Positions 1-8,619 of a stretch of DNA of 25,269 bases are shown here, piece after piece. A program made the translations under genes and the position numbers. The DNA lies in assembly GCA_011056825.1 (NCBI GenBank), contig DSBH01000137.1, forward strand, positions 1 to 25,269. The letters run 5' to 3'. The notes beneath the pieces are model-generated. The model had not been told where the DNA came from. It ran no database searches and saw only the letters and a list, made by a program, of their open reading frames with translations. Each line of letters begins with the position of its first letter. Position 1 is the stretch's first letter. Origin of the DNA: Deltaproteobacteria bacterium (GTDB lineage: Bacteria > Desulfobacterota > Syntrophia > Syntrophales > UBA2210).

Positions 1-2
1 AG

Positions 3-698
3 GAAACGTTGACAACACCACCGGGCACGGAGCGATCGACGGACTCTGACTCCGTTGTTCTCGTGCACGCCACGCCGGACGGCGATAATATGATTCTCGC
101 GTCGCTCATGCAGCGCGTGTCGGGACGGCCACTCGTCAACTGCCTGGACGAGGCGCAACGCCTCTCGCCGGCCGAGAGAGAAGCCCTCATGAAAACCGCC
201 TGCTCCCGCATGGAGGCCTACGACGCGCCGCTCCGGGAATTTGAAACGGCGGATCTGGTCTTCGAGGTTGTCATCAGCGCCTCCTGTTTCGCCCAGATGA
301 AACGGCACCGCATGGCAACCATCATCAGCCGTGATTACGATCCCGCCCTCGGCGCGACCGTTCCCGAAACCATAATAAACGTCGGCATGGAGAAACCGTT
401 CCGGGCCATGATCGAACGAACGAACGGCGTCTATGAGCGCCTGCGGGACGACGCCCCGGGAGCGGCAGCGTATATCCTGACTAACGCGCACCGCAGACGG
501 GTTATCGTGAAGATGAACGTGCGGGAACTGTACCGCGTCTCGCGGCTCCGGGAAGACCGGCACGCCCAGTGGGACATTCGTCATACGGCGCGGCGCATGG
601 TCGAACTGGCCGGGGATGTCATGCCGCTCTCGCTTATGTTCGCCGGCGGCAAGGACGCCTTTCAGGAAATGAAGCGGGACCGCCTGGAGGAAAAATAA
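3..698 (+). CDS. thyX: FAD-dependent thymidylate synthase (ThyX/Thy1 family), 3' part; 5'-truncated by the window edge
   Basis: Frame open from the left edge (GAA ACG TTG...) to TAA 696-698. ThyX-type motifs FAQMKRHRMAT and NVRELYRVSRLREDRHAQWDIR. About 90 aa precede the RHR motif, which fits the second domain of a long tandem-domain ThyX. Confidence 0.75.
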   Translation, partial: ETLTTPPGTERSTDSDSVVLVHATPDGDNMILASLMQRVSGRPLVNCLDEAQRLSPAEREALMKTACSRMEAYDAPLREFETADLVFEVVISASCFAQMKRHRMATIISRDYDPALGATVPETIINVGMEKPFRAMIERTNGVYERLRDDAPGAAAYILTNAHRRRVIVKMNVRELYRVSRLREDRHAQWDIRHTARRMVELAGDVMPLSLMFAGGKDAFQEMKRDRLEEK

Positions 699-757
699 CA
701 GAAGAAGCGCCGGCGGTGGCCCTCGCCCCGGCGGAACGAAGTTATCGAGGTTGTTTC

Positions 758-1267
758 ATGCCCATCTACGAGTTTTACTGTGACCGGTGTAATACCATTT
801 ATAATTTTTTTTCGAAGCGGATCAACACGGAGACGATCCCCCGGTGCCCCTCCTGTAAAACAGTGAAGCTGCAACGGCGGATGTCCGTTTTTGCCACCAT
901 CTCGGCCGACCGACGAGGCGACGATGATGAGGGCATGGACGAGGGTCTTTCCGCCGTGGACGAACAACGCATGGAGCGGGCCATGGCGATGCTCGCCCGC
1001 GAATCGGAGGGGCTCGACGAGGAAAATCCCCGGCAGGCGGCGCAATTGATGAGAAAACTGGCCGATTCGACGGGTCTTGAACTGAACCCGGAGATGCAGG
1101 AAGCTCTGAGCCGTATCGAGCGGGGCGAGGACCCGGACAAGATCGAGGAAGACCTGGGCGACCTCCTGACCGATGAGAATCCTTTCATTATCAGGCAGTC
1201 GACCCGGGGAAAGGGATCGAAAAAACCGCCGCCGAGGGTGGACGAAACACTGTATGACCTCGAGTAG
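758..1267 (+). CDS. FmdB-family zinc ribbon protein with C-terminal helical extension (169 aa)
   Basis: MPIYEFYCDRC...RCPSC...LQRRMSVFA is the FmdB-type CxxC...CPxC pattern. ATG 758 has GAGG at 747-750. The track's start at 569 overlaps thyX and is not preferred. Confidence 0.85.
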   Translation: MPIYEFYCDRCNTIYNFFSKRINTETIPRCPSCKTVKLQRRMSVFATISADRRGDDDEGMDEGLSAVDEQRMERAMAMLARESEGLDEENPRQAAQLMRKLADSTGLELNPEMQEALSRIERGEDPDKIEEDLGDLLTDENPFIIRQSTRGKGSKKPPPRVDETLYDLE

Positions 1268-1303
1268 AAATAATTTGTGAACCGCCTGCGAACCCGGGGG
1301 ATC

Positions 1304-1391
1304 GGCATATGGCTCTCGTGCTTAGCACACCCCCACCCCAACCCTTCCCCGTCAAGGGGGAGGGGGTTGTCCTCGTATTACACGGTCTGCA
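1304..1391. repeat. REP-like repeat, copy A (CCCCACCCC..CCCT.CCC-loop-GGGGGAGGG hairpin type)
   Basis: Core 1325-1391 matches 1691-1757 at 58/67 nt (hand count), with weaker similarity back to GGCAT at 1304/1668. Contains hairpin cccttcccc-gtcaa-gggggaggg. Confidence 0.85.
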
Positions 1392-1516
1392 CCACTGAAA
1401 GCCCCGCGCAAGAACTACCGTAAGCACGACACGTCAAGACCATTGCACACATGGTCGCGGACAAGGCACTGAAATCACGAGGAATGTGGCGAGCGCCTTG
1501 CACAACCCCTGTAATC

Positions 1517-1586
1517 GTCATGCCGGCGCAGGCCGGTATCCAGAAAGCCATTGATAATACTGGATTCCGGTTTTCACCGGAATAAC
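1517..1586. repeat. REP-like palindromic element (GTCAT.CCGG...ATCCAG / CTGGAT.CCGG...GGAAT.AC type)
   Basis: Arms 1517-1543 and 1560-1586 are 27-nt imperfect inverted repeats (20/27 by hand) around a 16-nt spacer, and each arm has its own CCGG hairpin. The reverse strand translates to WIPACAGMT, a familiar spurious-ORF signature of this repeat class. Confidence 0.85.
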
Positions 1587-1667
1587 ACAAACCGGTGTTT
1601 GGTATAGTTGTGTGAGGATGTCGAGGAATGAGGCGCAGTATAACCTGCCCCGCAGTGACGAGAAACT

Positions 1668-1757
1668 GGCATTCAGCTCTTGTGCCTGTAGTACACCCCC
1701 ACCCCGGCCCTCTCCCGTCGAGGGGGAGGGGGTTATCCGCGTATTACACGGCCTGCA
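1668..1757. repeat. REP-like repeat, copy A'; hairpin may terminate the minus-strand operon
   Basis: Direct copy of 1304-1391, with hairpin ccctctccc-gtcga-gggggaggg. It abuts the MFP stop codon (1758-1760). Confidence 0.85.
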
Positions 1758-2483
1758 TCATTGATAAAAACGCACCCGGCAGTTCAACCCCGCCGGCAGG
1801 CGGTGGCCTGGATTGGGAAGCCGCACGCGGACGCCGAAGGTGCCGCTTGCCGCGTCTATGACTTCGTCGACGATTACGACCGTGCCGTCGTACGACCCGC
1901 CGACCGGTTCCTGCGGATGTACTTCGGCCTTCATCCCTTTTTCGATTGTTCCGTAATATTCGACGGGCACCACGACTTCCACATTCAACGGATCGATGCG
2001 GACTATTTTCATGATCGACCCTTCGCCGATGTACTCACCCGGACCGAGGTGTCGCTCCACTACGATGCCGTTCACGGGACTCGTGATCGTTCGAAGTTTC
2101 AGCCGCTCTTTCGCCTCCCGCAACTGGAGCTCCATGACGAGAACTTCTGTTTCCATTTCGTCCTTTTCATGGCTCGAAATGAGCTGCTTCTCGTAAAGCT
2201 CCTCGTTCCGACGGACCCGGCGCCTGCCGAACTCCAGGCGTGCCTCGGCAAGCTCGACCTGGGCCTTTTCAACACCCGATTTCAGGAGTGCAAGTACCTC
2301 TCCCTTCTTTATGCGGTCGCCGCGCTCGACGACGACCCGCTCGATAATACCCGGCTCCTGGCTGCTCACCTCGATAAGATCGCTCGGTTCCATAAGCCCC
2401 CGGTGAAACAGATCCTCGGCGACGCCGTCCGCCGGCCAGAAACAACACACTGCCAAGCATATCCACAGGAAAATATTTTTCAT
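1758..2483 (-). CDS. Efflux RND/HlyD-type periplasmic adaptor (membrane fusion protein), 241 aa, with N-terminal signal-like segment
   Basis: MKNIFLWICLAVCCFWPA signal-like N-terminus. Lipoyl halves IEVSSQEPGIIERVVVERGDRIKKGEVLALL and ITSPVNGIV, a coiled coil, VIDAASGTFGVRVRL and LPAGLNCRV. ATG 2483 has AAGGA and lies 7 nt after the SecA stop. Confidence 0.9.
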   Translation of the reverse strand: MKNIFLWICLAVCCFWPADGVAEDLFHRGLMEPSDLIEVSSQEPGIIERVVVERGDRIKKGEVLALLKSGVEKAQVELAEARLEFGRRRVRRNEELYEKQLISSHEKDEMETEVLVMELQLREAKERLKLRTITSPVNGIVVERHLGPGEYIGEGSIMKIVRIDPLNVEVVVPVEYYGTIEKGMKAEVHPQEPVGGSYDGTVVIVDEVIDAASGTFGVRVRLPNPGHRLPAGLNCRVRFYQ

Positions 2484-2490
2484 GATCCTT

Positions 2491-4497
2491 TCACTCGCTC
2501 CTTCCGGAAAACGACAATGTGTCGCTTCGTTCCTCGTCGTACCGGAGCAATCGTTTGCGGACTCCCGCGTGGACCCTTTCCACCCGCCGCTGGGCATTTT
2601 TCATGACTCGCCTTCCCATCGGTCCCCACAGGTTCGAACCGCTCCTGTTCATTATCTGTAACGCCCTGCCGGACAGGCCTTGATACCCGTCCCGCATCAG
2701 CGGATCCTCGAAAGAGATAAAAACCTCGCATCGACCGGGCTCCCCCTGGCGTCCGCAACGACCCGCGAGCTGGCGGTCGATGCGCCCGGCCTCGTGTCGC
2801 TCTGTCATGAGAACGTGCAATCCTCCCAGGTCGGCCATGCCCCGGTCAAGTTTAATGTCCGTTCCCCGTCCCGCCATGTTCGTGGCGATGGTGACGCGTT
2901 CCGGCTCACCGGCCCGGGCCACGATGAGCGCCTCCTCCCGATCTTGCTTCGCGTTTAACACCTGGTGCGGAATACCCCGGCCGTCAAGGAGCCGGCTCAG
3001 GCGTTCCGAAGCCGCGACGGTTCGTGTCCCGATGAGTACCGGCACGCCGCGCCCGTGAAGCGTTTCCACGCGTTCCGTGACGCGCTCATATTTTTCGTCC
3101 AGCGTGCGGAACACCTCGTCGCGGATTATTTTTCTTTTGAGGGGCCTGTTGGTGGGAATGCGGACAATGGGAAGACCATAGATGGACCAGAGTTCCCTCC
3201 GGACTTCCCGGGCCGTCCCCGTCATGCCGGACAATTTCAGGTACCGGCGGAAAAAACGCTGGTAGCTGATGCGCGCGACCGTTTCCCGCTGCCCCGTTAT
3301 ATCGCATCCCTCCTTGGCTTCTATAAGCTGGTGCAGGCCGCCTTCCCAGGACCGGTCGGGCATCACCCGCCCGGTAAATTCGTCGATGATCTGGACCTTC
3401 CCGTCGCTCACGAGGTACTGTTCGTCACGACTGTACAGGTGCAGGGCCGTCAGGGCTTTCCGGGCCAGTTCCTCGCGTCTGATGGGACTCTGCCAGACAG
3501 GCCCCATGTTTTCCGTCGCCAGGCGGATTTCTTCACGGCCGCCGTCCGTCATGACAATAGCCCGCACGGCCTGGTCGGCTTCGTACTCGATGCGGTAGTG
3601 AACCTTTTCCTTCAGGTTCCCCGCAATGGCCAGTGCCTGTTTCATCGTCCGTTCTTCGTCCGCCGACACGTCGCTCCGCGATATGATGAGCGGCGTCCGG
3701 GCCTCATCCACCAGGACGCTGTCCGCTTCATCCACGATGGTGTAGTGAAGCCCGCGCAGGAGCAGCCGGTCGCTTCTCCCCTCTCCCCGGGACAGGTGCT
3801 CGGCATGGAGTTGAAGCTCGTCGACGATGTCGCCCAGGGTAATGCGGTCTCTCAGGTAATCGAACACCACTTCCTTGTTGGTGCAGTACGTGATGTCGCA
3901 TCCGTAAGCGGCGCGTCGCTGGGCGGGCGTCTTGTCATGAACGACGCACCCGACCGAGAGGCCGAAAAAGCGGTACAGCTCGCCCATGAGCCCGGCATCG
4001 CGGTCCGTCAGGTAGTCGTTGACGGTGATCACGTGAACCGGTATGCCGGCCAGGGCCACCGTGGCCGCGGGCAGTGTCGCCACCAGCGTTTTGCCCTCGC
4101 CCGTTTCCATTTCCGCCAGCAGTCCCTTTAACAGGGCGTATCCTCCCATGAGCTGGCAGTCGAAATGTCGCATTCCCAGGACCCGTGTGGCGGCCTCCCT
4201 GATGAGGGCGAAAGATTCCCCGACCAGCGGCGGCGAAAATCCCTCCATACGCATCCTCCGCCGCAGGGGCCCGCTCCGTTCCTTCAGTTCATCATCCGAA
4301 AGCCTGTCCAGTCCCTCGGCCGCCTTCTCCACGCGCCCGATGATCCGTTTCAGCAACACCGCGCGGCCGCTCCAGGGGCGAACGAAGTATCCCGCAGTCT
4401 CCCACGCCATCCGGTCGAGGAATGTCTTGCGTCCCTCTTTTTTCTCCGGTCGGGCGAAGTGATCGGCCCGGGGCCAGTTTGAAACGGATCCGAACAT
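2491..4497 (-). CDS. secA: SecA-family ATPase, short paralogue (668 aa) lacking most of the HSD/HWD/IRA1 C-terminus
   Basis: AEMETGEGKT (Walker A), VHVITVNDYL, VFDYLRD, IVDEADSVLVDEARTPLIIS, NMAGRGTDIKL, ERHEAGRIDRQLAGRCGRQGEPG. The ORF ends shortly after AQRRVERVHAGVRKRLLRYDE, which is the start of the helical scaffold. It is not the housekeeping SecA. Confidence 0.93.
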   Translation of the reverse strand: MFGSVSNWPRADHFARPEKKEGRKTFLDRMAWETAGYFVRPWSGRAVLLKRIIGRVEKAAEGLDRLSDDELKERSGPLRRRMRMEGFSPPLVGESFALIREAATRVLGMRHFDCQLMGGYALLKGLLAEMETGEGKTLVATLPAATVALAGIPVHVITVNDYLTDRDAGLMGELYRFFGLSVGCVVHDKTPAQRRAAYGCDITYCTNKEVVFDYLRDRITLGDIVDELQLHAEHLSRGEGRSDRLLLRGLHYTIVDEADSVLVDEARTPLIISRSDVSADEERTMKQALAIAGNLKEKVHYRIEYEADQAVRAIVMTDGGREEIRLATENMGPVWQSPIRREELARKALTALHLYSRDEQYLVSDGKVQIIDEFTGRVMPDRSWEGGLHQLIEAKEGCDITGQRETVARISYQRFFRRYLKLSGMTGTAREVRRELWSIYGLPIVRIPTNRPLKRKIIRDEVFRTLDEKYERVTERVETLHGRGVPVLIGTRTVAASERLSRLLDGRGIPHQVLNAKQDREEALIVARAGEPERVTIATNMAGRGTDIKLDRGMADLGGLHVLMTERHEAGRIDRQLAGRCGRQGEPGRCEVFISFEDPLMRDGYQGLSGRALQIMNRSGSNLWGPMGRRVMKNAQRRVERVHAGVRKRLLRYDEERSDTLSFSGRSE

Positions 4498-4519
4498 AGC
4501 GGCTCTGCACCAGTTGTTC

Positions 4520-6667
4520 CTACAGGTTGAAGGTTTTCATGAAAACACGGCGTAAAGTACGATACCACTGGGACGCGAGTGTTTCGGATTCGTGTTCGAA
4601 TCGCAGGTGCACCCGGGCCCCGAGCCTGTCCTCGATACGCTCGTCCAGCTCGACTTCGAAGTAAAACAGGGGTTCGAAGGAACGTCGCGCCTCGCTTTCC
4701 CGTGGATCGAGAGCGAAGGAACCGCCTCCTTCCAGCGCGAAGGCCAACGTCGGCAGTTCCGTCGAAGCCGCCGGCATTTCCCTCACCAGCCGGGCTGGAA
4801 TGCTCTGAAAAACGCGGCCCGCCGGGCGTGCCGTCACGGAACGGACATCATGGCGGATCTTGCCCACCTGGACCTGGGAAACCGGCACGAGCACGGAAAG
4901 TTCTTCGTAATTCACCACGTATCCCAGTTCTTCACCACGGCGGATGAAACGCCCCGGCAGATCAACGGCGTTGGGAAGAATAAACAGGCCGTCCCTGGAA
5001 CTGCTGACAACCAAGGCGTCCCGGCGCTCACGCGCCACTTCCAGCTCCTCTTCGATAAGGACGACCTCTTCACGCAGAATCCGCTCCTCCGTGCGGTCCG
5101 TGGCAAGGGCTTCACGGTGACGGGCCTGGTATTCCCGAAGTCTGGCCTCCAGCACTTGGACCTCTTTCTCGATATCGGGATTTTTCAGGATCATCAGGGC
5201 GTCTCCGCGCCCCACGGGCGAACCGGGCAATGCCACGATTTCTCGAACTGTTCCGGAAGCACCCGCGCGGACCCGCGCCTGCTCGTCCGGCCAGAAGACG
5301 CCTTCCGCCATGGTGGTCGAGGGAACCCGAACGAAAAATACCAGAGCGAGAACCACCGCGGCGCATCCAAGCGAGAAAGCGACGATACGGGCGCGCCTTT
5401 TGTACAGTTCCGGGTCTGATACCACGGTCCTGATAACCCTGAAAAACGGAACGGCCACAAGACCCACCAGGGCCCACAGGGCGATAAGAACGCCTATGAA
5501 AAAGAATTTCCCCGACACGAAGAGCGCGATCCGTATGCTGATGAAAATCCGGTAGATGAAGGACGCGATACTGTACGTAACCAGCCACGCCGCCTCACGG
5601 CCGTCGGCGAGGGAGAAACGCGCCTCGTCGTTCCTGATAATGTACCGTTGCGCCAGGTACCCGACATAGCGGTTCGAGCGGTTTCCCAAGTTGGGTATTT
5701 CCAGCAGATCCGCCAGCACGTAATAGGCATCGAAACGAAGCAGCGGATTCCCGTTGAAAAATATGGTGGAGACGCCGGCGACGAGCATGACGTTGAAAGC
5801 GACCGCCCTGACGGCGCCCGGTTCCAGGTTGACCCAGAGAATCATCGCCAGCGACGCGATGAGCATCTCCGCGGCAATACCGATGAATCCAACGACCATC
5901 CTTCGTTTCTTGTCTCTGAACGCGGACGCCGTCGACGCGTCGAGGTAGGGAACGGGCACGAACACGAGCAGCATGATGCCCATTTCGTGCACCTCGCCGC
6001 CCCAGTGTTTCACCGACCAGGCGTGGGCGAATTCGTGAACGGTTTTGACCACGGGATAAATGAACCAGAGAAGAACCAGGTTTTCCAGGGCCAGCACCCG
6101 GTCGGCGAGATTCATGGTCAACTCGTCCCAGTGCATGACGGCGAGCGACACAGCCGTCACAACCAAAACCGACCAGGCTATTAAGGCGTAAACACTGAAA
6201 AAGGGTGCCGCCAGTTTCCTGGTTCGTTCAAGAAAACGGTCAGGATCCAGAAGAGGAATGCGGACCGCCACGGGAGAGCGTATCCGGCTCAAGAATTGCT
6301 TTTTTTTGTCCTCTCGGCTGCGGTGCTGAATATTGCCGACGTCCGGCGCTGTGTCCGACCTGAGAACGTCGGCCTGGTTCAATTTCGAAACCAGGGTAAT
6401 CACTTCTTCCTGCGTGGGCATGTCGTCACCGAGATGCAGGCAGGCGGCTTCCCATATTTCCTGGAGCGTGCGTGACCCGTCCATGAGACCGATCAGGTAA
6501 TAGGCTTCCTCGGTGAAGCGGTGGAACCGTCCCGTCGAGTGATCCTGGAGCACATACCAGGCCTCTCCCCTGAAGGTGTGGCGGTGAATTTCCGCGTGAC
6601 CCCGCAGAATGGGCCTGAGACCCGCGACGCGGTACCAGGAACTGCTGTAAAGGTTTTTTTCAGACAT
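4520..6667 (-). CDS. PqqD/RRE-like domain + M50 (site-2) zinc metalloprotease + membrane fusion protein fusion, 715 aa
   Basis: N-terminal YYLIGLMDGSRTLQEIW...EEVITLVSKL (PqqD-like winged helix). HEFAH (HExxH) sits in a hydrophobic segment, with NGNPLLRFDAYY (NP..D third ligand) and several TM stretches. C-terminal lipoyl/coiled-coil region VRAGASGTVREIVALPGSPVGRGD. Confidence 0.88.
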   Translation of the reverse strand: MSEKNLYSSSWYRVAGLRPILRGHAEIHRHTFRGEAWYVLQDHSTGRFHRFTEEAYYLIGLMDGSRTLQEIWEAACLHLGDDMPTQEEVITLVSKLNQADVLRSDTAPDVGNIQHRSREDKKKQFLSRIRSPVAVRIPLLDPDRFLERTRKLAAPFFSVYALIAWSVLVVTAVSLAVMHWDELTMNLADRVLALENLVLLWFIYPVVKTVHEFAHAWSVKHWGGEVHEMGIMLLVFVPVPYLDASTASAFRDKKRRMVVGFIGIAAEMLIASLAMILWVNLEPGAVRAVAFNVMLVAGVSTIFFNGNPLLRFDAYYVLADLLEIPNLGNRSNRYVGYLAQRYIIRNDEARFSLADGREAAWLVTYSIASFIYRIFISIRIALFVSGKFFFIGVLIALWALVGLVAVPFFRVIRTVVSDPELYKRRARIVAFSLGCAAVVLALVFFVRVPSTTMAEGVFWPDEQARVRAGASGTVREIVALPGSPVGRGDALMILKNPDIEKEVQVLEARLREYQARHREALATDRTEERILREEVVLIEEELEVARERRDALVVSSSRDGLFILPNAVDLPGRFIRRGEELGYVVNYEELSVLVPVSQVQVGKIRHDVRSVTARPAGRVFQSIPARLVREMPAASTELPTLAFALEGGGSFALDPRESEARRSFEPLFYFEVELDERIEDRLGARVHLRFEHESETLASQWYRTLRRVFMKTFNL

Positions 6668-6682
6668 GCTATTTTTTTGTTC

Positions 6683-8530
6683 TCACGGCCACCACGACCA
6701 CGTCTTGAGCCGAAACCACTCGAAGAGGGGCCGCGTCCATATGCTCACGAGAAGCCGCCGGTCGACTTCTATCTTCCCCACCCCTTCCATGCCGGGCCTG
6801 AGGGCCGGCGACACCTCGTCGAGAGCGGCCTCCACGCGGAAATAATTACTTCCTTCTTCCGCCGTCGTAACGGGCGTTATCTTTTCCACCGAAAATTCAT
6901 AGTGCTGTGTCGGCAACGCCGACAGCACCAGGATTCCCCGCTGTTCCTCGGTCACGTCAGTGATGCGTGTTTCATCGACCTTGAGTATAAGGCGATAGCT
7001 GTCCAGCGGAGCTATACTGAAGAGTTCTTCCCCCTGTCGGATGGAACTTCCCAGGCGCTGACTGAGATCGCCGCTCAGCAGGATGCCGTCGAAAGGCGCC
7101 CGAATGTTGACGCGTTCAAGTTTGCTTTCCGCCAGTTCCAGCTGCGCCGCCGCCTGGTCGAGCTGCGCTCTTATCACGTTCGCCTCGGCGCGGTCCCCCC
7201 GTGCGACGGCCTCCTGGAGCTGGCTCTGATACTGATTCTTCTTGCTGAACCACTGGAGCCGTTCGAGGCGTAGATCCCTGTCGTCAAGCGCGCAGAGCAG
7301 GTCATTCCCGGCCACCACGTCGCCGGCTCGAACTGGCGCCGACTTGATGAAACCGTCGAAAGGCGCGACGACCGAACGCTGCACGGCGCCTTCAAGAACG
7401 GCGTCCGCTTTAATCCGGTATTCGCCTTTCGCAAAGGACAGCACCACGGCGAGAAGAACCATCGCCAGAAGCAACGCCTTCCTGCCCGCATAGCCGGCTC
7501 CGAAGAGCCGGATCGCCTGACGCTTCAGCGAATCGAACATGACAAAAACAACAGGCCTGTCCTGGTGGTGCTTGTCTTCGAGGGCGGGTCCCGAAAGGGC
7601 AACCACGCTTTTCACGTAAGCGAGTTCGGCTTCGGTAAAGGGGATATCTTTCTGGCGCTCCAGGGTAAGGGCGCCGTAGTAGCGATCTTTCGCGAAGAGC
7701 GGGACCGTCATGACCGACCGGCTGCCGTGCTTGTCTACAAGCTGTTCATGATCGCGGAGAACAAAGACGGGTGAATCAGGAAGCGGCGGGTACATGATCT
7801 CGGCCCTCTGGCTGACGGCCTCGTCCATGGCCGCCCCGACGGCGCGGTGAAGATTCATTTTACCACCCACCACCGCCGAATGGGAAACCGCTTCCACCCT
7901 GGCGTATTTTTTCCTGACGATACCCAGGCTCACGCGATCGCAGGACAGTCTCGTCGCGAGCGTGGTAACAAAGGCCATGGCGGCGCCGTCGAAATGTTCT
8001 TCCGCCAGAACGCCGGCAAGAATCTCGACGGCGGCCTTCATGCGGTCCAGCGCGGCCATGTCTTCACTGTTGCGCAGGCGGCGGTAATAATTTTCAATCC
8101 ATACCGCCCCCCACTTGAGGCTTTCCATGGCGGGTCGGAGCCGATCCTCGGACCCCGCGACTTCCACAGCTACGGCTCCCAGGCAATCGCCGTCCACGAC
8201 AACCGGGTAGGCAAGTCCGTAACGGGCGGCGCCGTCGACACGGGGAAGGTCGACAAGCATTCCCTCCTTCTCGGCAAGCGTCTGTTCAAGCACATCTGCC
8301 AGGCGTTCGCCGCCGTCGCTTCCCTCCGGCCAGGAAGCAACGGGAAGGTACTGCCCGCGACCGGGATCGCGCAGGACGAGAAACGCCTGGACGCAGCCCT
8401 CGATCGCCCCACACTGAATGGCGAGCCAGGAACTGAAAAACGCTTCCCGGTCCGCCAAACTATCGAGACCGGCCCAGTTGCTGACCGTTTTCCCCGAATC
8501 AATGACCTGTTCTTCGGAGCGAGATTCCAT
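6683..8530 (-). CDS. GAF-GAF-TM-HlyD periplasmic adaptor subunit, 615 aa
   Basis: GAF-like strands YGLAYPVVVDGDCLGAVAVE and SVMTVPLFAKDRYYGALTLER. One TM (ALLLAMVLLAVVLSFA). MFP region VVAPFDGFIKSAPVRAGDVV...IRAPFDGILL...LRPGMEGVGKI. Confidence 0.88.
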   Translation of the reverse strand: MESRSEEQVIDSGKTVSNWAGLDSLADREAFFSSWLAIQCGAIEGCVQAFLVLRDPGRGQYLPVASWPEGSDGGERLADVLEQTLAEKEGMLVDLPRVDGAARYGLAYPVVVDGDCLGAVAVEVAGSEDRLRPAMESLKWGAVWIENYYRRLRNSEDMAALDRMKAAVEILAGVLAEEHFDGAAMAFVTTLATRLSCDRVSLGIVRKKYARVEAVSHSAVVGGKMNLHRAVGAAMDEAVSQRAEIMYPPLPDSPVFVLRDHEQLVDKHGSRSVMTVPLFAKDRYYGALTLERQKDIPFTEAELAYVKSVVALSGPALEDKHHQDRPVVFVMFDSLKRQAIRLFGAGYAGRKALLLAMVLLAVVLSFAKGEYRIKADAVLEGAVQRSVVAPFDGFIKSAPVRAGDVVAGNDLLCALDDRDLRLERLQWFSKKNQYQSQLQEAVARGDRAEANVIRAQLDQAAAQLELAESKLERVNIRAPFDGILLSGDLSQRLGSSIRQGEELFSIAPLDSYRLILKVDETRITDVTEEQRGILVLSALPTQHYEFSVEKITPVTTAEEGSNYFRVEAALDEVSPALRPGMEGVGKIEVDRRLLVSIWTRPLFEWFRLKTWSWWP

Positions 8531-8619
8531 GAGATTACCCGCCCTCGAAACCGGCGGTTCCGCGGCAGCAACCGGATCGGAGGACCGTCACGATCACGGG
8601 GACACCTCCGGGATTTACA

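Noticed and set aside
569-757. N-terminal extension of the FmdB ORF
   Set aside because: It overlaps thyX and is low quality. The family begins at MPIYE, and an RBS precedes ATG 758.
1304-1757. Possible CRISPR array
   Set aside because: Only two copies of each unit, no constant repeat-spacer period, and no cas genes.
1191-1861. Small ORFs 1191..1427, 1378..1590 and 1628..1861 as possible precursor peptides
   Set aside because: They are translations of REP-like repeats (WIPACAGMT, PHPGPLPSRGRG).
2491-4497. Housekeeping secA or a pseudogene
   Set aside because: Too short for the housekeeping enzyme, but all catalytic motifs are intact and the operon packing is tight, so decay is not supported.
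4520-6667. PQQ or lasso-peptide biosynthesis from the PqqD-like domain
   Set aside because: No pqqA/B/C/E, lasso cyclase or B2 protease in the window.
8531-8619. GGAGG...CCTCC hairpin and an alternative GTG start upstream of the GAF-MFP gene
   Set aside because: The stem is weak and irregular, and the GTG is out of frame and hits TAA before 8530.
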